This document shows positions 23,751-36,660 of a DNA stretch of 64,000 nt, piece by piece. The DNA is taken from the NCBI GenBank assembly GCA_024679065.1, contig JAGIQG010000011.1, positions 57,598,001 through 57,662,000 of the forward strand. Reading direction: 5' to 3'. This DNA is from Sphyrna mokarran (taxonomy: Eukaryota). The notes beneath the pieces are model-generated. The model did not search any database and had not been told where the DNA came from. It worked only from the letters and a program-made list of their open reading frames with translations. Each line of letters starts with the position of its first letter. Positions within the stretch are counted from its first letter, which is position 1. The translations under genes and the position numbers were made by a program.

Positions 23751-25869
23751 TTTTACAGGTGCCTTACACGCAGTAATTCATGGATTACAAAAGAAGCATG
23801 CCGGGGAGATCAGCAGGCCCCCATCGTTGTATGGGTATTAGCACACCTAATTACTAAAATGATATAATACAACAATGTTTAATAAATGTGTAAGATTAGG
23901 TCCAATTATATGATAGCTTATAAAGGGAATTCTTTAACAATACAGAATCTGGGAGATTCAATGTTGGGGAAAGAATATACTGGCAATGTTTTCTTGGAAA
24001 GTAGAAAGCATCTGAAAACATGTCAATAGAGTTATGTTGTAATTTTTCTTGCGCTGAGGCCATCTTGAAATGTATCTAAAATGCTTTTTTGGTTCTACAT
24101 AAGGGCAATCGATAAAAGAGCAGTACAGCTGATTTTATTTTTACATTCAGCTATTAGTTTAATTTAATAGTTTGAGAGTTTTCTTACCTACTTATTTATT
24201 AAAGAAGCTGTTAAATCTTATTTTCCATTTTGAGTCTGCCCCAACTTAAAGGGGCAGAAATATTTCAGGTGGTACACCAATGTTTTTCTAACAATCATTT
24301 GTATGTGAGTTGTGCCAGTGACGTGCAGTCCCAGGGAAGTTTGTGCTCTCTGTCACTGGATCACAGTTTTACCAACACAGTGGTAAAATTAAACAAAACA
24401 AATTGAATAACCTCCTATTCTTCTTCTGAGGCTACTGTTTTCAATGAGTGGGTTGTAGGAACTGTGTATCCCTTGTTTTGCAGCAGTGTGAATGCAGTGA
24501 CAGGGCAACAGATGCAGCACCCTGTCTGTCGACTGACCTGGTTCAAAGATTGGATGGGAGGTATTGAGAGAAGAACTAATTGGGTTAAGGAAGCATGGGG
24601 CTAATTTTAACCTTTGGCAATTATGCAAATGAGGTGATGCTGAATTGGCCACCTGTTATACATTGGTGCCAATTTTTGTTCCACAATGAAAATGTATACA
24701 CAACCAATGCAGCACTCTGTACCGGCCGTTCTTTGATATAAATCTGCTAGTACGAATCCACATTCCCACCGTATTAAAAAACTGCAATCAGTGATAAATA
24801 ACACAGACAGAACACAAATTTTACAACCAATCTTTCTGCCTGTCTGCATTCAAACAAATTTTAACACACTGTACATTTAACCAGACTTGCAGTACGAGTG
24901 TAACTATTTGTATCTCTAAGCTGAAACTCTTAAACTGCACATCCAATTTATAATACTTAAGTTACACTTTCTACATTTTAAGCAAAAAAATCAATATGGG
25001 AAATACAGCGGGGGAGTTGAGTGGGGGCGGTTCGGGGATGATATCAGATTCTGCCAGCTCCTTTTCTCAGCAGTGTCACCAGTGGGGCAGAATGACACCT
25101 AGCTGAGGCTTAGGATTGAGAAGCCACAGATAAGTTATGACACGAGGGGTTTTGTGGGCTGTCAGTTGTGGGGAAAGAAATCGAGATAGGTTGGCAGCAA
25201 GGGGGTTGGCCCTTAGCAGCCAACTTGATCAGGTCCCTTTGAATGGGAAACCTACCATCCTCCAGGAGCTTGTCGTGCTACTTGCATGGCAATAGGGCGA
25301 CCTGTTGCTAGATTAATATTGGTGGCAGTGGGATCAGGCCCTTAAGTGGGCATTAATTACCCATTTTTTTGGTGAGGATACAAAGTTCGACCATGGGTCT
25401 TCCCATCTAGATTTAAATTTAGTGGATTTGGGAACACATATATTGAGGGTGCACACATGTTGAGAGAAATCTCAAAATTCCATCCATAATAGTTCCTTTA
25501 AAATAAATAAATGTTTAAACTGGATTTTAAAAACTTACACGTGTGTTTAAAATTATTTGAAAATTTTTACAGATCTTAGTTTTCCCTTCACCTGACAAAA
25601 TCTCTTTCGTTACTACAAACGACTTAAATGTTTAATGTCTACTTTGAAAGAAAACATTCATCATATAAAGATGCAAGCAAAAGAAATAAAGGATGGAAAA
25701 TGGCCAGCTGATTCATTGATCCTGGTCCCAACTATTCATGTCATCTACAGCATCATGGTATCCAACACACCCTACCTATCCACAGCCATATGCTCACGTG
25801 GATGAGGAAAAACCTAGATTAAAATATGAAAGTCATCTGAGGGAGATAGAAGATCTCGGAATGTGTTTG

Positions 25870-25995
25870 CTGCTTTGACAAAGAATTGTCTAGACTTGAA
25901 ACGTCAGCTGTTTTCTCCCTTTACAGATACTGCCAGATCTGTTGAGGTTTTCCGGATTGGTTTCAGACTCCATCATCTATAGTAATTTGCTTTAA
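25870..25995 (+). repeat. Penelope-derived short repeat (decayed)
   Basis: ttgacaaag...gacttgaaacgtcagc...acagatactgccagatctgttgag. Confidence 0.5.
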
Positions 25996-26166
25996 TTCAG
26001 AATGACTTCTTTGACTAGTGGTCAAAACTAGTCCAGGAGGCCACAACTGATTGTGATTTGTGTCAGCTGTCTTTGATACTCCACGATTTCTGCCAAACCA
26101 TGAAACTGGTTCAGATCTCTTACGGAACAATTGAGGATTCACAGCTTCAGCCAAATGCTCATTGAA

Positions 26167-26476
26167 AAGCTTTATTTATTTTAGTGTCACAAGTCGGCTT
26201 ACATTAAACACTGCAATGAAGTTTACTGTGAAAATCCCCTAGTCGCCACACTCCGGCACCTGCCTCGGGTACACTGAGGGAGAATTTAGCATGACCAATT
26301 CACCTAACCAACACGTCTTTCGGACAATGGAAGGAGACCAGAGCACCCAGAAGAAACCCATGCAGGAACAGGGAGAACGTGTAGACTCTGCACAGACAGT
26401 GACCCAATCGGGGTATTGAAGCTGGTTTCACTGACGCTGCAATGCAGCTAGCCACTATGCCGCTAGACACTATGCC
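26167..26476 (-). mobile_element. V-SINE-type SINE, tail B
   Basis: Well-preserved tail B (gtgaaaatcccctagtcgccacactccggc on +) and V-core. Confidence 0.9.
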
Positions 26477-27579
26477 ATCTTTTTGAGGAGAAGGCAGGGA
26501 TGTGTGGTACGACAAAATCCCTAGATATAAAACCTTACTGAATGCTTACATACCTCATATTCATGATCCCTGGTTTTCCCTATTCTACCTATTTAAAATC
26601 ACAAGGTAATGCAGCTCAAAAGAATTCAACGTGACCCTCTGCACCTGCAATAGCTTTTTGGAAGAGCTATCCAATTGATCTCACTACCCTATTCTTTCCT
26701 CACAGCTCCACAATATTTTTTGTCTTTCAGTGTTTATGCAATTTCCTTTTGGAAGGTATTATCAAATCTGCTTCCATCACCCAGTACATTCTGGATCATA
26801 ACCCACTGCATAAAATTTATTTCCTTCTCTTGCTGACTCTGGACTTTTGCCAATTTCCGAAAGTCCTGTTCTCTTTGGTTTCTGACACTGCTGCCAAACC
26901 ATCCATCCATATGAATCCTGTTCTGTACCTTCTTTATTTCAAATCTCTCTAAAGTAAATAGACCCAGTTTTGAAACTCTATTTGGCTAATGCAGGTGTTT
27001 TAAACTGGGCACCCTTGTTATGACTTTTTACTGAAATTATATATCAGCAATTACACAAGAGAACCAAATTGGACACATTATTCTGAGTAAGGCCTCTATA
27101 TGTTGCTTTTACTTTACAACGAATAACCCTGTTATAAAGTTGAGATTAGTAATTTGTTTCTTATAAAAGAATAAATCCCAATTCATATTTATTTACTGAA
27201 AGAATTCAACCACAAGATTCCACCATTTAAGCAAAAATATTTTCAATGTATAAGAGCCCAACTAAATATTATCTTTGCTAACCACCCATACTCTAAAATC
27301 CCAGAATCAGTTAATCACAGGCATTATGCGGTCGATTCTAAACTATAAATTACATATTGGAGAGCTGATACAACTAAGACAGAGTTACAAATTGGCTTGG
27401 CAGTCCATTCAAATGTATGTCATCAATCTCAGTCGCAAATTCCTTCAAAACTCCATCTTCCTCACAAAGAATTTCAGTTCCTCTTCTTCTACGATTTAAC
27501 CTGCTCTCCAGTCAACAGCAGCACACACCAAACCACGTTTCCTCGGCACAGACTTCAAAAAATATAGCACATCGTGGAA

Positions 27580-27950
27580 TGGGGAGGTAGTGACCTACTG
27601 ATATTATTATGAGATTATTAATCCAGAAACTCAGCTAATATTCTACAGACCTAATTTTGAATTCTGCCATGGCAGATGTTGGAATTTGAATTCAATAAAT
27701 AAGAAATCTGGTATTAAGAATCTAGTGATGACAATGAAACCATCGTTGATTGTCGGAAAAACCCATCAGGTTCGCTAATGTTCTTTAAGGAAGGAAATTT
27801 GCCATTCTTACCTGGTCTGGCCTACAAGTGACTCCAGAGCCACAGCAATGAAGTTGACTCTCAACTGCCCTCTGAACAAGGGCAACTAGAGATGGACAAT
27901 AGGTGCTGCCAAGCCAGCAATGCCCACGTTCCACAAATGAATTTAAAAAA
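27580..27950 (+). mobile_element. tRNA-derived SINE of a different family, sharing its 3' tail with the second LINE family
   Basis: Core ggaaggaaatttgccattcttacctggtctggcctacaagtgactccagagccacagcaatg. Tail aagggcaactagagatggacaat..gccagcaatgcccac..atgaat matches the tails at 22700 and 57370-57445. Confidence 0.7.
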
Positions 27951-28039
27951 CTTTCCTCAATTCGGCTTACGATGGACTGGATGGCACACATCACTCAATG
28001 TTATTTTAAGTTATAAAAACAAATTCTCCAACAGGTCGA

Positions 28040-29035
28040 TAGAAAGTTGGGGATTTAGGGAAGTCAAATAGTAAAGGGAATACGCAATAAAAAAGAATAT
28101 ACTGAGAGGGGTAGATAGGAATATAGAAGATAGCAGGAGGAAACCATTTGGCTCTTTGAGCTTGCTCTGCCATTCATGGCTGATCATCCAACTCAATAAC
28201 CTAATCCTGTTTTCTCCCCATTCACCTCAAGTGCTACATCTGGCTGCCTCCTTAATACAGTCAATGTTTTAGCATCAACTACTTCCTGCAGTAATGAATT
28301 CCACAGGCGCACCACTCTTTGGGTGAAGAAATGTCTGAAATGAGAGACCTTAGTGTGCAAATACACAGGTCCCTAAAGGTAGCAGCACAGGTAGATAAGG
28401 TTGTAAACAGGCATATGGGATACTCCTTCACTGGCAGAGGTATACAATACAAAACTAGGGATATAATGATGAAACTGGTGATAACTGGTAATAAGACACT
28501 GGTGAGGCCACAACTGGAGTATTGTATGCAGTTCTGGTCACCACATTATAGGAGTGATATAATTGCACCAGAAAGATTGCAGAGGAGATTTGCTAGAATA
28601 TTGCCAGGGGTAGAGAATTGTAGTTACGAGGAGAGACTGGAGTGGTTGAAGTTGTTTCTCTTGGAACAGAGAAGGCTGAGAGGTGATATGATTGTGATAT
28701 ATAAAATTGTGAGGAAGAGAGTAGACAGGAGGAACCTATTTCCCTTAGCAGAAAGTTAAAAAACCAAGGATCATAGATTCAAGCTAACTGGCAGATTAGA
28801 GGGCACATTAGGAAAAAACTTTTTTATGCAGAAGGTGGGTGTCTGGAATTTGCTGCCTGAGTTGATGGTGGAGGCAGAGACTCTAAACTCGTTTTAAACA
28901 TACCTGGTTTTGCACTGTAAGTGCCGCAAGTAGCAGGGCCACATGCAGGAAAACCAGATTAGAAAGGGCACCTGGGTGGACAAGATGGGCTGAATGCCCT
29001 TCCTCTATACTGTAACATTTCTATAGTTATATGAA
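28040..29035 (+). mobile_element. CR1 LINE 3' portion, interrupted at ~28115-28335 by an inverted CR1 tail fragment
   Basis: ORF 28319-28759 (KTLVRPQLEYCMQFWSPHY, LEQRRLRGD). Tail gatgggctgaatg..ttctatag. Confidence 0.88.
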
Positions 29036-29201
29036 CAAGATGGGCTGAATGCCCTTCCTCTATACTGTAACATTTCTATAGTTATATGAACAAGATGGGC
29101 TGAATGCCCTTCCTCTATACTGTAACATTTCTATAGTTATATGAACAAGATGGGCTGAATGCCCTTCCTCTATACTGTAACATTTCTATAGTTATATGAA
29201 C
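28980..29201 (+). repeat. Perfect tandem array, 4 x 55 bp
   Basis: Unit caagatgggctgaatgcccttcctctatactgtaacatttctatagttatatgaa starts at 28981, 29036, 29091 and 29146; no mismatches seen. Confidence 0.97.
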
Positions 29202-29559
29202 TTTACATTGTTTATATGCTTCCAAGCATTCCCACACTCCTAAGAAGTTCTGATTTTCGATCACAATTTCAGTCTCAAGTTTCCATGGAAACAGGAAGGA
29301 CCAGTTTCCTTTCTCTGTTTCCCTTTTTCATTCAGGCCCTGTCTGAAAAAAAGATAAAGCTTTGAAATCACAATTTCCATCACAAACTTAAGACTTTGTT
29401 TGCTTTGGGTAGCACTGCATAGCAATGCTCAGGAGAATATATAACATAACAACAAGGTTCTCTACAGAATTCAGTTCTAAACTCTTTAGGGGATAAGTCT
29501 ACATTGCTCTAGTCTGACTCTGTGCAACCTAGATTTAGATATATATTAAATGGTGCTTG

Positions 29560-30030
29560 CCAAACAAGGACTCTTACCTGTCATGGTAAGTTTCAGCTGC
29601 AGTAGATTATTTTTACCCATGGTGCTACTGTTCAGCGATCTTAGAATCAACATCAAAATGAGAACCACTCCCCCGGTTAATCCGGGTCACTGATGAAGTA
29701 ATGGTTTTAACACCAGTTTCCAAGCAAATCTACAACCTTTAATAACTACTTTCCACCTACTGGAATACAGTGTCTTATCTATCAGCTTTTCACAACTTTC
29801 ACAAGATCGTATCTTGTGAAGTAATCTATTGTGTGGCAGCTTATCAAAAGCTTTCTGCAAATCTACCCATATGATGAGTTCTGGGCCAGCTTTACCCACC
29901 AAACTAGTAACCTCTTTAAGGACATGAAAATAGATCAATATGATATGGTCTTTCTTTCCCTCAGAAACAAATTCCAATTTTTGAAAAAAGCCTATCAGCA
30001 AAAGTGCTGAATCTGTAAACATTATTATGA
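29560..30030 (-). mobile_element. Old CR1 RT fragment
   Basis: ORF 29687-30022 contains DLQKAFDKLPHNRLLHKI. Confidence 0.7.
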
Positions 30031-30579
30031 TAATGGGATAATTGTCACATATTCCTATACTATTCTACTCCTGCAAATTGTATTCAAATTGCTATGACAT
30101 GGTTTAGGCAGATAAATTGTACCAAAAACTCTATGCAGATAAATATACGGGCTGTTTATTCAATTATCAGGGCATCTTTTCTAATTAAATGAAAGTAAAA
30201 TACTGTGTCTGCTGAAGATTTAAAGTAAAAATGGAAAATGGTGAAAAGCTCAGCAGGTCCGGCAGTGTCTGTGGAGAAAGGCAAAGAGGCTGAGATGTTT
30301 TTACCCCAGTAAGGCAAGTGTTGCCAATACCAGTCAAAAGTCCAACATTTTCAGTAGGGCTGGAAGATCCTAATGGCAGGCGAGGCTGGAGAATCCCAGC
30401 CAGAATCCGCGTTTTGAGTCCAATACGACTCTTCTTCAGTACTTTCCTCCCTGCTTCTTTCTGTAGTGTTAATGCTGTCCAGATAAATGTACATCCAGAG
30501 GCATGTTGCTAATTTATCAATGCGTAAATCTTTTTCTTCTTTCTTAGAAGTTAATTATTTGAAGCGAACAAAGTGACCT

Positions 30580-30842
30580 TGAACTTTGGGGCACAGATTC
30601 AAGGAGAGAGGGGGTAAGTTTTTTTATGCAGTGTTTGGAACATGCTGCCAGAGGAGGTTGTGGAAGCAGGCACATTAGCAACATTTAAGAGGCATCTGGA
30701 TGGGTACATGAATAAGGAGGGAATGGAGGGATAAGACCGAGTTAGAGTAGAAGTTGTTTTTAGTTTAGTTGGAGCATCATGATCAGCATGGAAAGTTGAA
30801 GAGCCGAAGGGCCTATTCCTGTGCTGTACTTTTCTTTGTTCA
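30580..30842 (+). mobile_element. CR1 3' end
   Basis: tggaacatgctgccagaggagg..tttaagaggcatctggat..gccgaagggcctattcctgtgctgta. Confidence 0.8.
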
Positions 30843-30967
30843 TCCTAAAACTTTACTTGAAGGTGAAGCTGTCAATACAATTTTCACATTAGGTTCTTTA
30901 GTACTTAAGAGCTGAATATTCATTCGCGAGACTGGAGTTCAAATCTTTATGTTGACTGATAGCAATA

Positions 30968-31275
30968 GGGTGGCATGGTAGCAAAATGGTTAGCACTGCT
31001 GCCTTACAGCGCCTGGGTTCAATTCCCACTTGGGTCACTGTCTGTGCACTATCTGCAAGTTTTCTCAGTATCTGTGCAGGTTTCCTTTGGGTGCTCCGCT
31101 TTTCTCCCACAGTCCGAAAGACGTGCTGGTTAGATGCATTGGCCATGCTAAATTCTCCCTCAACATACCTGAACAGGTGCCAGAGTGTGGCGACTAAGGG
31201 ATTTTCACAGTAACATCATTGCAGTGTTAATATAAGCCTACTTGTGATACTAATGAATAAATTTCAAACTTAAAA
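30968..31275 (+). mobile_element. V-SINE-type SINE, tail B
   Basis: Head, V-core and tail gagtgtggcgactaagggattttcacagtaacatcattgcagtgttaat. Confidence 0.9.
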
Positions 31276-31327
31276 CCCTGTCAGTCCCCATTAGCATCTT
31301 ATATAAGAGATTATTAAGATTATTAAG

Positions 31328-31700
31328 AGGTTAGTTGATAAGTATATGGAAGAGAAGGGAATGGTTTAGTTTGGAGGGGCATTGCTTTTTATATTGGTCG
31401 GCGCAACATCGAAGGCCGAAGGGCCTGTTCTGTGCTGTAATGTTCTATGTTCTATGTTCTATATCTTTAAGACTAAGACGAGGAGGAATTTCTTCACTCA
31501 GAGAGTGGTGAATCTTTGGAATTCTGTAACCAGAGGCTGTGGAAACTCAATCACTGACCATGTTCAAAGCAGAAATCGATAGATTTCTGGATAATAATGA
31601 TATTGAGGTCTATCAGGATAGTAAGAGAAATGGTTGAAGAGGTGGATGATCAGCCTTGATCTATTTGGATGGTGGAGCAGACTTGATCAGGTGAATCTAA
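31328..31700 (+). mobile_element. Two adjacent CR1 3' fragments
   Basis: 31328-31462 nearly matches the 3' end of the element at 633-760 (same young subfamily). 31465-31700 is an older FFTQRVVNLWNS fragment. Confidence 0.8.
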
Positions 31701-32149
31701 ATTGCCTAAGTGTAAAAAAAAATCTGATGTACAAGGAGAATTAAGGAACCTGAAAGAAATAACATCTAGTAAATATAATTAATAGCAGAGCTGAACTGAG
31801 GAACATAAATACTTTCTAATAATCCTTCAGTTACATGAAAAAAACAGAGCATTTCAAAAGATTAAAATAAATATAAACATCTGCTTTCTATCTGAGCTTC
31901 ATCAAATATTCAAAATGAGTCTCAAGATTACAAACTGTACATCCTGAGTGTTCATTAACAAACAGCACAGCGTGAATTTAAAGCTCAGCCATCCCAAAAT
32001 TACTGTTGGACAATGTGTAAGGAAACATCTGTTAACAGTTCAAGAATCCATGTTTTCCTACCACCATTGTAGTATTAGCATTTCCTTTCCTCTCTTTCAG
32101 GGATATCCCTGCAGGGAGCAGATGTTTCACTCTCAGGTGCGAATACATT

Positions 32150-32665
32150 GGAGGGGGATTCTCAGCCTCCTCCGCTACCCCCACAACGTGTTTCTTGTGA
32201 CTGGAGATGTTGGAATCTTCTGATCCCACTGCTGACAGTGGGATTTTCCACTGACTGCACCCCCATGCCATCACAAAACCCGCGGTGGGGATACCCCTCT
32301 CGGCAGGATATGGCGTGAACAACCAGAAAATTCCGGCCATTGAATTCTTAACCAGGAGTTCAAATTGCAATGTTCCTGCAGGCCTTGTAGCTTCTCAGAT
32401 ACGTTGTTGTGGCTTAATGTTATTAACACTTCATTGTGGGCCTATGCAATCATCCACCTACAATGTTTTGGAGAACCATATTTATAACTGAAGGCGGATT
32501 TGCTCACCTACGGGACTTTCCAGTCCTGCCAATGGCTCACCCCTGCCATGGGTTTCCAAGTGGCATGGCTAGGATTCAATGGGAAATCCTATTGACAGTG
32601 GCAGAATCAAAAGACCCCACTGCCAACCAATGCAGCACCGAGAAACACACTACAGAGGTGGGGTA
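32150..32665. repeat. Two MITE-like elements (32150-32338, 32492-32665)
   Basis: Share tcccactgc..gacagtgg..ggattttcc/gggaaatcc motifs with 51357-51564. gaaaattccggcc terminus. Confidence 0.55.
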
Positions 32666-32669
32666 GCAT

Positions 32670-33060
32670 ATTGTATCAGGATGTTTTCCCTTGTGGGAGA
32701 GACAGTTTAAAAGCATGTTGTCCCCCATTTAAGATAGAGACGAGGAGAGACGTTTTCTCTGAGGGTCGCAATTTGTGGAATTCCCTTCCCCAGAGAGCAG
32801 TGGAGACAGAATTATTGGAATTTCATAATAACGCCATTGTAGTGTTAATGTAAGACTATTTATGACTAATGAATAAACTTTAAAACCTGTAACTTTTCAT
32901 TGAACATTTTTCTGGCTGAATTATATAGATTTTTATTTGGCAGCAAAGACAAAGTTTAGGGGGCAGACAGGAATAGAAAAACCACAATCAGATCAGCCAT
33001 GATCTTATCAAATGGAGCAGCACGCTAAAATGGCCTACTCCTGATTCATATGTTTGTATA
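32670..33060 (+). mobile_element. CR1 3' fragment with tail-B-only insertion at 32817-32885
   Basis: FKIETRRDVFS..NLWNSLPQRAVE; gatcagccatgatcttatcaaatgg tail. Confidence 0.7.
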
Positions 33061-33564
33061 TTTTTTTAAACTCATTGAGTCTAGACCTGAGGCGCAATGT
33101 CGAGCAGGCTCAAAGGACCGTGTGATCAGCTCATGCTTCTGATGTTTTTAGGACAGCCGTAATTTAATTTAAAACACTGGATTCACCATAAACTTTAGGA
33201 GTTGTTTTACCACAAAACATTGAAAAGTATACGCTAACCAGGCTCATTATTTACTTTGAGGTGAGAAGGCTCATGTTACTTGTTCAAAACAATACTTGTG
33301 TCTTTTTACTTGGTAATGTGCCAATTGTACCTGAGTGACCTGCTGCCACGTCTGGGCTAATGTTGATGGGAATCAGCTGTTAAAACATCAGGGAAATAAT
33401 TTGAAGAATATCTCTCCGAGTGCAGATTTCAGTGCTTTTCCATAGAGACATTAAAAATTCGGTTGCAAGATTTTGGATCCACCCGAGACTTTTTCTTGAA
33501 GGCAGAATGGGTGGATGGGTGTGTAGGTGGGCCAGAACAGCTTCCTGCCCACAAGCAGAGTGTA

Positions 33565-33790
33565 ATCATAGAAATTGTAGAAACCGTCCAGGAAGGAGCC
33601 ATTTGGCCATTGAGTTTGCACCGACAACAATCCCATCCAAAGCCTTATCCCCACAATCTCTCATATTTACCATACTGTTCCCCCAAACTACACATCCTGG
33701 GGCTTTATGGGCAATTTAGCATGGCCAATCAATCTAGCCTGCATATCTGTGGAAGGGAACCAAAGCACCTGGAGGAAACCCACGCACAGG
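33565..33790 (-). mobile_element. SINE 3' half, tail A
   Basis: atcatagaa...gggcaatttagcatggccaatc...ggaggaaacccacgca. Confidence 0.7.
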
Positions 33791-34089
33791 ATAGCCAATT
33801 GTTGGCACTTAAAGATCAATTGAGGCCCACTCTTGGAGGCCAAGCTGAATTTTACCTAGAGGCATAAGGAACAAACCAATCCTGGGAACAGCATGCCGAC
33901 AGCAGACTGGGAAGTCAGTGTTCCTGGCAGATTCTGGGTCCCTCTTCCTCCTGCCTGCCTGGCCTCAGCTTCCTGTAAACCCCACCTCCACAATACTGCC
34001 CAGGTTGCAGAACTAATTGAACAGCTGCAATCCTTCTGCTGTAGGTATAACTGTCAGGAAGGAAGTTTTGATCCGAAATATAATTCCAA

Positions 34090-34650
34090 TTCAGAATGGT
34101 GTGTATCTTGAGGGACAAAGCGAACTTGTGAGTGGCAGACCATGTATCTGCTGTCCTTAGAAGTGGTAGAAGTCATGGGTTTGGAAGGTACTGTTGAAGG
34201 AGGCTTGGTGAGTTGCAGCAATGCCTGTTTGTAGATGGCACACACTGCTGTGGAATGGCATCAGTGGTAGAAGGAATTAATGTTTAAGATGGTGAATGGA
34301 ATGCACATCAAATAGGCTTTTTTGTCCTGCATAGTGCTGAACATATTGAATATTGTTGGAGCAGCACTCTTGTAGACCATGGGAGAGTATTTCATCACAC
34401 ACACTCCTGACTTGTGTCTTTAGATGATGGACAGGCTTTTGGGAATCAGGAGGTCTGCTACTTGCCACAAAATTTCCAGCCCTTGACTAGCTCTTGTAGC
34501 CACAATATTTATATGGCTAGTCTTGTTTCCAGTCGGTGGTAACCCCAGAATTTTGACAGTGGGGGATTCGGCAATGCTGTCAACAGGAATGGTGAGATTC
34601 TTATTGTTTGGAGATGATCGTTGCTGAGCATGTCTATTGTCTAGATGTCC
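34090..34650 (-). mobile_element. Second LINE family, RT C-terminal fragment
   Basis: AESPTVKILG...SHINIVATRASQGLEIL; same family as 45600-47345. Confidence 0.75.
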
Positions 34651-35819
34651 AGTAGCTGTGTGTAGAGGCTTGAGTTTTGTATCCAGTACTTTATGCTGCA
34701 GGCTCATTGGCCTTTGAGAATAGAATATGACATTGAACCCTCCACTTCAGGTGGGGTTGCGATCATGCCCAATTACCAGGTAGATTGGCTTAAAAAAGAA
34801 AAGTTACTTGTGAAAGATTTTCAAATGTATTCATGTAGCTTTTGTAAAGAGCCATCACCTGTTAGAGATGAATTATGTCATTTATTGAAGATTATAAAAT
34901 ATTTGTCAATTTATGTTGTTTTATGTTTGGGGGAAGAAAATCAGCAAATCATAATTTTTGTATCAATCACTTGATCTTTAAGATTTTTTTTGTGGTTTAT
35001 GGGAAAGTGGGTTGACAATATTTTTAAGTTTTGACTGGCAGTGTAAAACAGTAACGGACAAGAGATGGGCAGGCTTTATTGCCACAGGCTTTGTGATCCC
35101 GACATCAGGGTCAGAGTCCCACACTGTGTGGAAAACCTGGCAATAATTTTCCCTGATTTGCCCAATTGATAGGCAGAGAGTGAGCTCACCATCCAATTGG
35201 GCAAAGCCTAGTATTAGTTCTCCAGCACTGCAAAGCAGCAGGCCGCCTTTACAGAGATAGGAGAGAGAGAGAGACAGAATATCCAAAAGAGGGAGAATCT
35301 GTTCTTTGTTCAATAAGTTAGTATAGTGCAAAGCTCTTCCACAAGCATAAATTCCTGGGCCTGGAGACATAGTTTTCAACTACACCACCAGCAGGGGCTA
35401 GAGGGAGATTCAGTCCCATCAGAAATACCAGCATGCCAAGGGATGATCATAACAGTCCACATTTTGCAGTAAAAATAATGGTTATCAGCACTTATTATTA
35501 TGGAGTAAATCGGATAGCAACCTGCGAGGCCTGCTGATCCAATTAAGTGGGGAAACTATGTTCAAGTTGCCTCATTAATACATCAAATTTATGGTGCAGA
35601 GGCAGGCCTTTCAGTCCAACAGATACCAATCTCCTCTGACTCTTCTTTGTCCGACTCTATCAACATTTTGTTATTTCTTTGCTCCCTAACTTATCTAGCT
35701 TCTTCTTAGATCCATCTAGGGGATTTTTATGGTAGCTTCATTGCAGTGTTAATGTAAGCCTGCTTGTAAAAATAATAAATAAACTTTAAACTATGCTTGG
35801 CATTTCCTTACTCAGAAGG

Positions 35820-36660
35820 ACATAAGTTCATCAGATATTGGAGCAGAATTAGGCCATTTGGCCCATCAAGTTCGCTCTGTCATTCAATCATGGCCGGTAT
35901 ACTTCTCTTTCAATTTTCTTGCCTTCTCTCCATAACCTTTCAACCCATTAACAATTAAAAATCTGTCTAACTCATCCTTAAATTTATTCACTGACCTAGT
36001 ACCCACTGCACTTTGGGGTAGTGAATTCCACAAGTGTGGGAGAAGTAGTTTCTCCTCAACTCGGGTTTACATTTGCTACCCCTTATTCTAAAATGATGAT
36101 CTCTTGTCCTAGAATGCCCCACAAGAAAAGCATCCATTTCACGTCTACTTTATCCATAGCTTTTATCATATTGTAAAACTCAATTTGATCTTCCATCTTC
36201 TTCTAAATTTCAGACAGTTTGGGTCTAAACTGTTCCACATCTTCATACGACAAACCCCTCATCTCTAGTATCAATCTAGTGAACCTCTTCTAAATTGCCT
36301 CCAATGCCATTACATCTTTCTTCAAATAAGGGCATCAAAACTGTGCACAATACTCTAAGTGTAGTCACACCAATTCCTTTTATAGTTGCAACAAAACTTT
36401 TTTACCATTACATTCTATTCCATTAGCTATAAATGCCAACATTCCATTTACTTTCTTTACTATCTGCTATACCTGCATGCTATCTTTTTTCTGTGACTCA
36501 TGAACGAGGATGTCCAGATCCCTCTGCATCAGAACACCCTGAAGTCTCTCCCCATTTAGATAATAAATCACCTTCCCATTTTTCTGACTAAAAGGCATGA
36601 CCTCGCACTTATCTACATTAAATTCCATCAGCCATATTTTGGCATGAATTTGCAGTGTCT
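35820..36660 (-). mobile_element. CR1 LINE 3' portion
   Basis: ORF 36467-36670 (WLMEFNVDKCEVM..QRDL); CR1 tail at ~35820-35900. Confidence 0.85.

Noticed and set aside
28980-29201. CRISPR-like array
   Set aside because: Head-to-tail identical units with no spacers, eukaryotic context, and the unit is a CR1 tail.
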